Source: Octopus sinensis (lineage: Eukaryota). Taken from it: a stretch of 64,000 nucleotides of DNA. Of this stretch, positions 62,189 through 64,000 are shown one piece after another. Under the pieces are notes generated by a model. It worked only from the letters and a program-made list of their open reading frames with translations. It searched no databases and was not told where the DNA came from. The stretch lies in NCBI RefSeq assembly GCF_006345805.1, contig NC_043001.1:88722001-88786000 (forward strand), written 5' to 3'. Within the stretch, counting starts at the first letter, position 1; each line of letters opens with the position of its first letter. The position numbers and the translations under genes are program-made.

Positions 62189-63719
62189 AAACTGAGAATG
62201 TGTGTCTGTCTGTGTGTTTCCCTAAAACTTGAGAACGACACAACCAATTTCATTCAAATTTTACACATGCCTTACTTAGGGTCCATGTAGTTTCATGGGC
62301 AAAAAAATGTTCAACTTCTTGCCTAGAGCGAGCCCATAGCAATATCATATCTTCTCCACCATTTCAGTATTGCGTGTTAAAAGTAAAACAAAAACATTTC
62401 TCTATTTTATGTCAGATGCTTTCACTTTAACAATAAAAATAATAATAACAATTGAATTATATGTAGTAAGTAATAATTAAAATCAAACTAAAGTATAATA
62501 TAATTGTAGCATAACAAAAGTAAAAATAGCAATTGGTATAAAATTGCATCAATGACTTGAACTTGAATAAGTGGTTTCACATGAATGGGAATAAATTAAA
62601 ATAAAATTAGCGTGCAGAAATGGAATAGTCCAGATGGAGCTGTGCTTTTACATTAGATTATCTGCTAATTAGCTAGCATTAAGTATCTATATGAAGTTTG
62701 GCTATATATAATATCTGTTTCCTCGAACAGCCGCTTCTACAGAGTACTGCTGTTGGTTTATTTCTTATATATAAAGGACTAAAGCTTCAACTGCTTACTG
62801 CTTTCTGATTCACCGTAAGGTTTGTTGTTATTATTATAACTGTTTAACTATTGTTATCACGTTTGTTGGTTCCTCGTAAAGGAAACATTGTTGTGTTGCA
62901 TTTGTTAAATAATTGTAAACTGTAACCCTCCCCCCTTGGTTATTGTTTAAAAATTGAATTGTGTCCCTGTTTGGGGAAATTGACATTATTTTCACCGTTT
63001 ACACGGAAGCATTTTTGTTAGAATGCCTTCGATAGAAGAAAGTCCAAAAATGAATTTCGCAGCAGCCGTCAGCGGGTGCGAACTCATTGAAATTAAAATG
63101 GAAGAAATATGAATTGATCACCGACAAAGACGGTGAATCTATGATAACACCACCAAACGAAATAAAAAATTAAATTAAAGAAAAGATTATTGTCTATAAA
63201 GTATACAATATAGAGAAAAAAAAAAGATTTGAACACCTGGAGGAAAGCACCATCGAAAAGTGTCTTGGTGCGACTATGAAAGATATCTAACCAGAGGCGG
63301 TAAATTCGCCACAATAGAAGCAAGGTTCGAGTCAACGGAGCGTGCGAGGGAGTACTTGACTCGAACCTTGCAAAGTGGAAATATTTTATTTTTACCTTTA
63401 TATCTGGGACGTCGGACATCCCGGATAAAAATTTAAAATGTCCCCCCAGAAGTAGAGGTAGGCTGGATTGTAACCACACTTCTATACAAGAGGGAGGACA
63501 AGATACAATTGATCGAAATTGCAAGGGACAGGCTTACAATTCCAGTCTGTTATATATTTTGAGTATTGTTATCACTAGCGATATCAAGATATAACTTTGT
63601 ATTTTGTATTTTATGTGTAGATGTATGTATATAGATGTACATGTAATATGTACACATATATATACACATATATACATGCACTAGCACTATGACCCGGCAA
63701 CGACGGGTCATAATGCTAG
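62179..63719 (+). mobile_element. Non-autonomous Helitron (about 1.5 kb) enclosing a LINE ORF1-like fragment
   Basis: 5' t[g]tatatataaaactgagaatgtgtgtctgtctgtg. 3' perfect 9-bp hairpin TATGACCCG-gcaacga-CGGGTCATA (63688-63712), then CTAG (63716-63719) and T. Sits in (TA)n. Confidence 0.8.
63023..63560 (+). pseudogene. LINE ORF1/gag-like 5' fragment inside the Helitron
   Basis: MPSIEESPKMNFAAAVSG..., EHLEESTIEKCLGATMKD, then after a frameshift YLTRGGKFATIEARFESTERAREYLTRTLQSGNILFLPLYLGRRTSRIKI*NVPPEVEVGWIV. The FAAAV and xNVPP motifs recall L1/Tx1-type ORF1. Confidence 0.5.
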
Positions 63720-64000
63720 TATATATATATATTCTTTAGAATTTATTTGCCAAATTTTACATCAATAGAGAAGAATCCAGTTCCTAACTCAGAAACAAGC
63801 TACTGTCATTGAGATTTACTTATCAACTGCATAGTTATGAATACAAACATACATACTTACATATGTATATATGAATGGATGTTTGTGCAAAAGTATGTGT
63901 ATACGTGTATATGTACAAACATATGAATAACAGTATGTATGTATTTGCATTTGTGTTTATGTACATGTAGATGTATGTATGATTGTACGCTATTATTTAG

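Overview
AT-rich, microsatellite-dense animal genomic DNA. The repeat landscape suggests an octopus or other coleoid cephalopod, which is an inference. The one host gene I can support is the 3' part of a + strand CaMKII gene. Four constitutive exons (9719-9794, 11552-11646, 35322-35436, 38983-39103) splice in frame to give the complete association (hub) domain, (G)[135 protein letters not shown] probably long 3'UTR follows, with a candidate poly(A) signal at 46942. The 23.7 kb intron splitting the hub domain holds a frame-preserving 111-nt candidate cassette exon (37 aa with a PRTP site) and several candidate terminal or poison exons. It also holds a cluster of Penelope-type fold-back elements, two of which carry type I hammerhead ribozyme motifs: one with an intact core on the - strand, and one near-intact on the sense strand inside a ~360-bp palindrome. 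The rest is transposon debris: two full-length decayed mariners, Penelope-like RT/GIY-YIG copies, Helitrons (one enclosing a LINE ORF1-like fragment), a CR1-group LINE interrupted by a 29 x 40-bp minisatellite amplified from its own ORF2, SINEs, MITEs and large (TA)n arrays. Most ORF-track entries are microsatellite artefacts. All structures and alignments were read by eye; none were computed.
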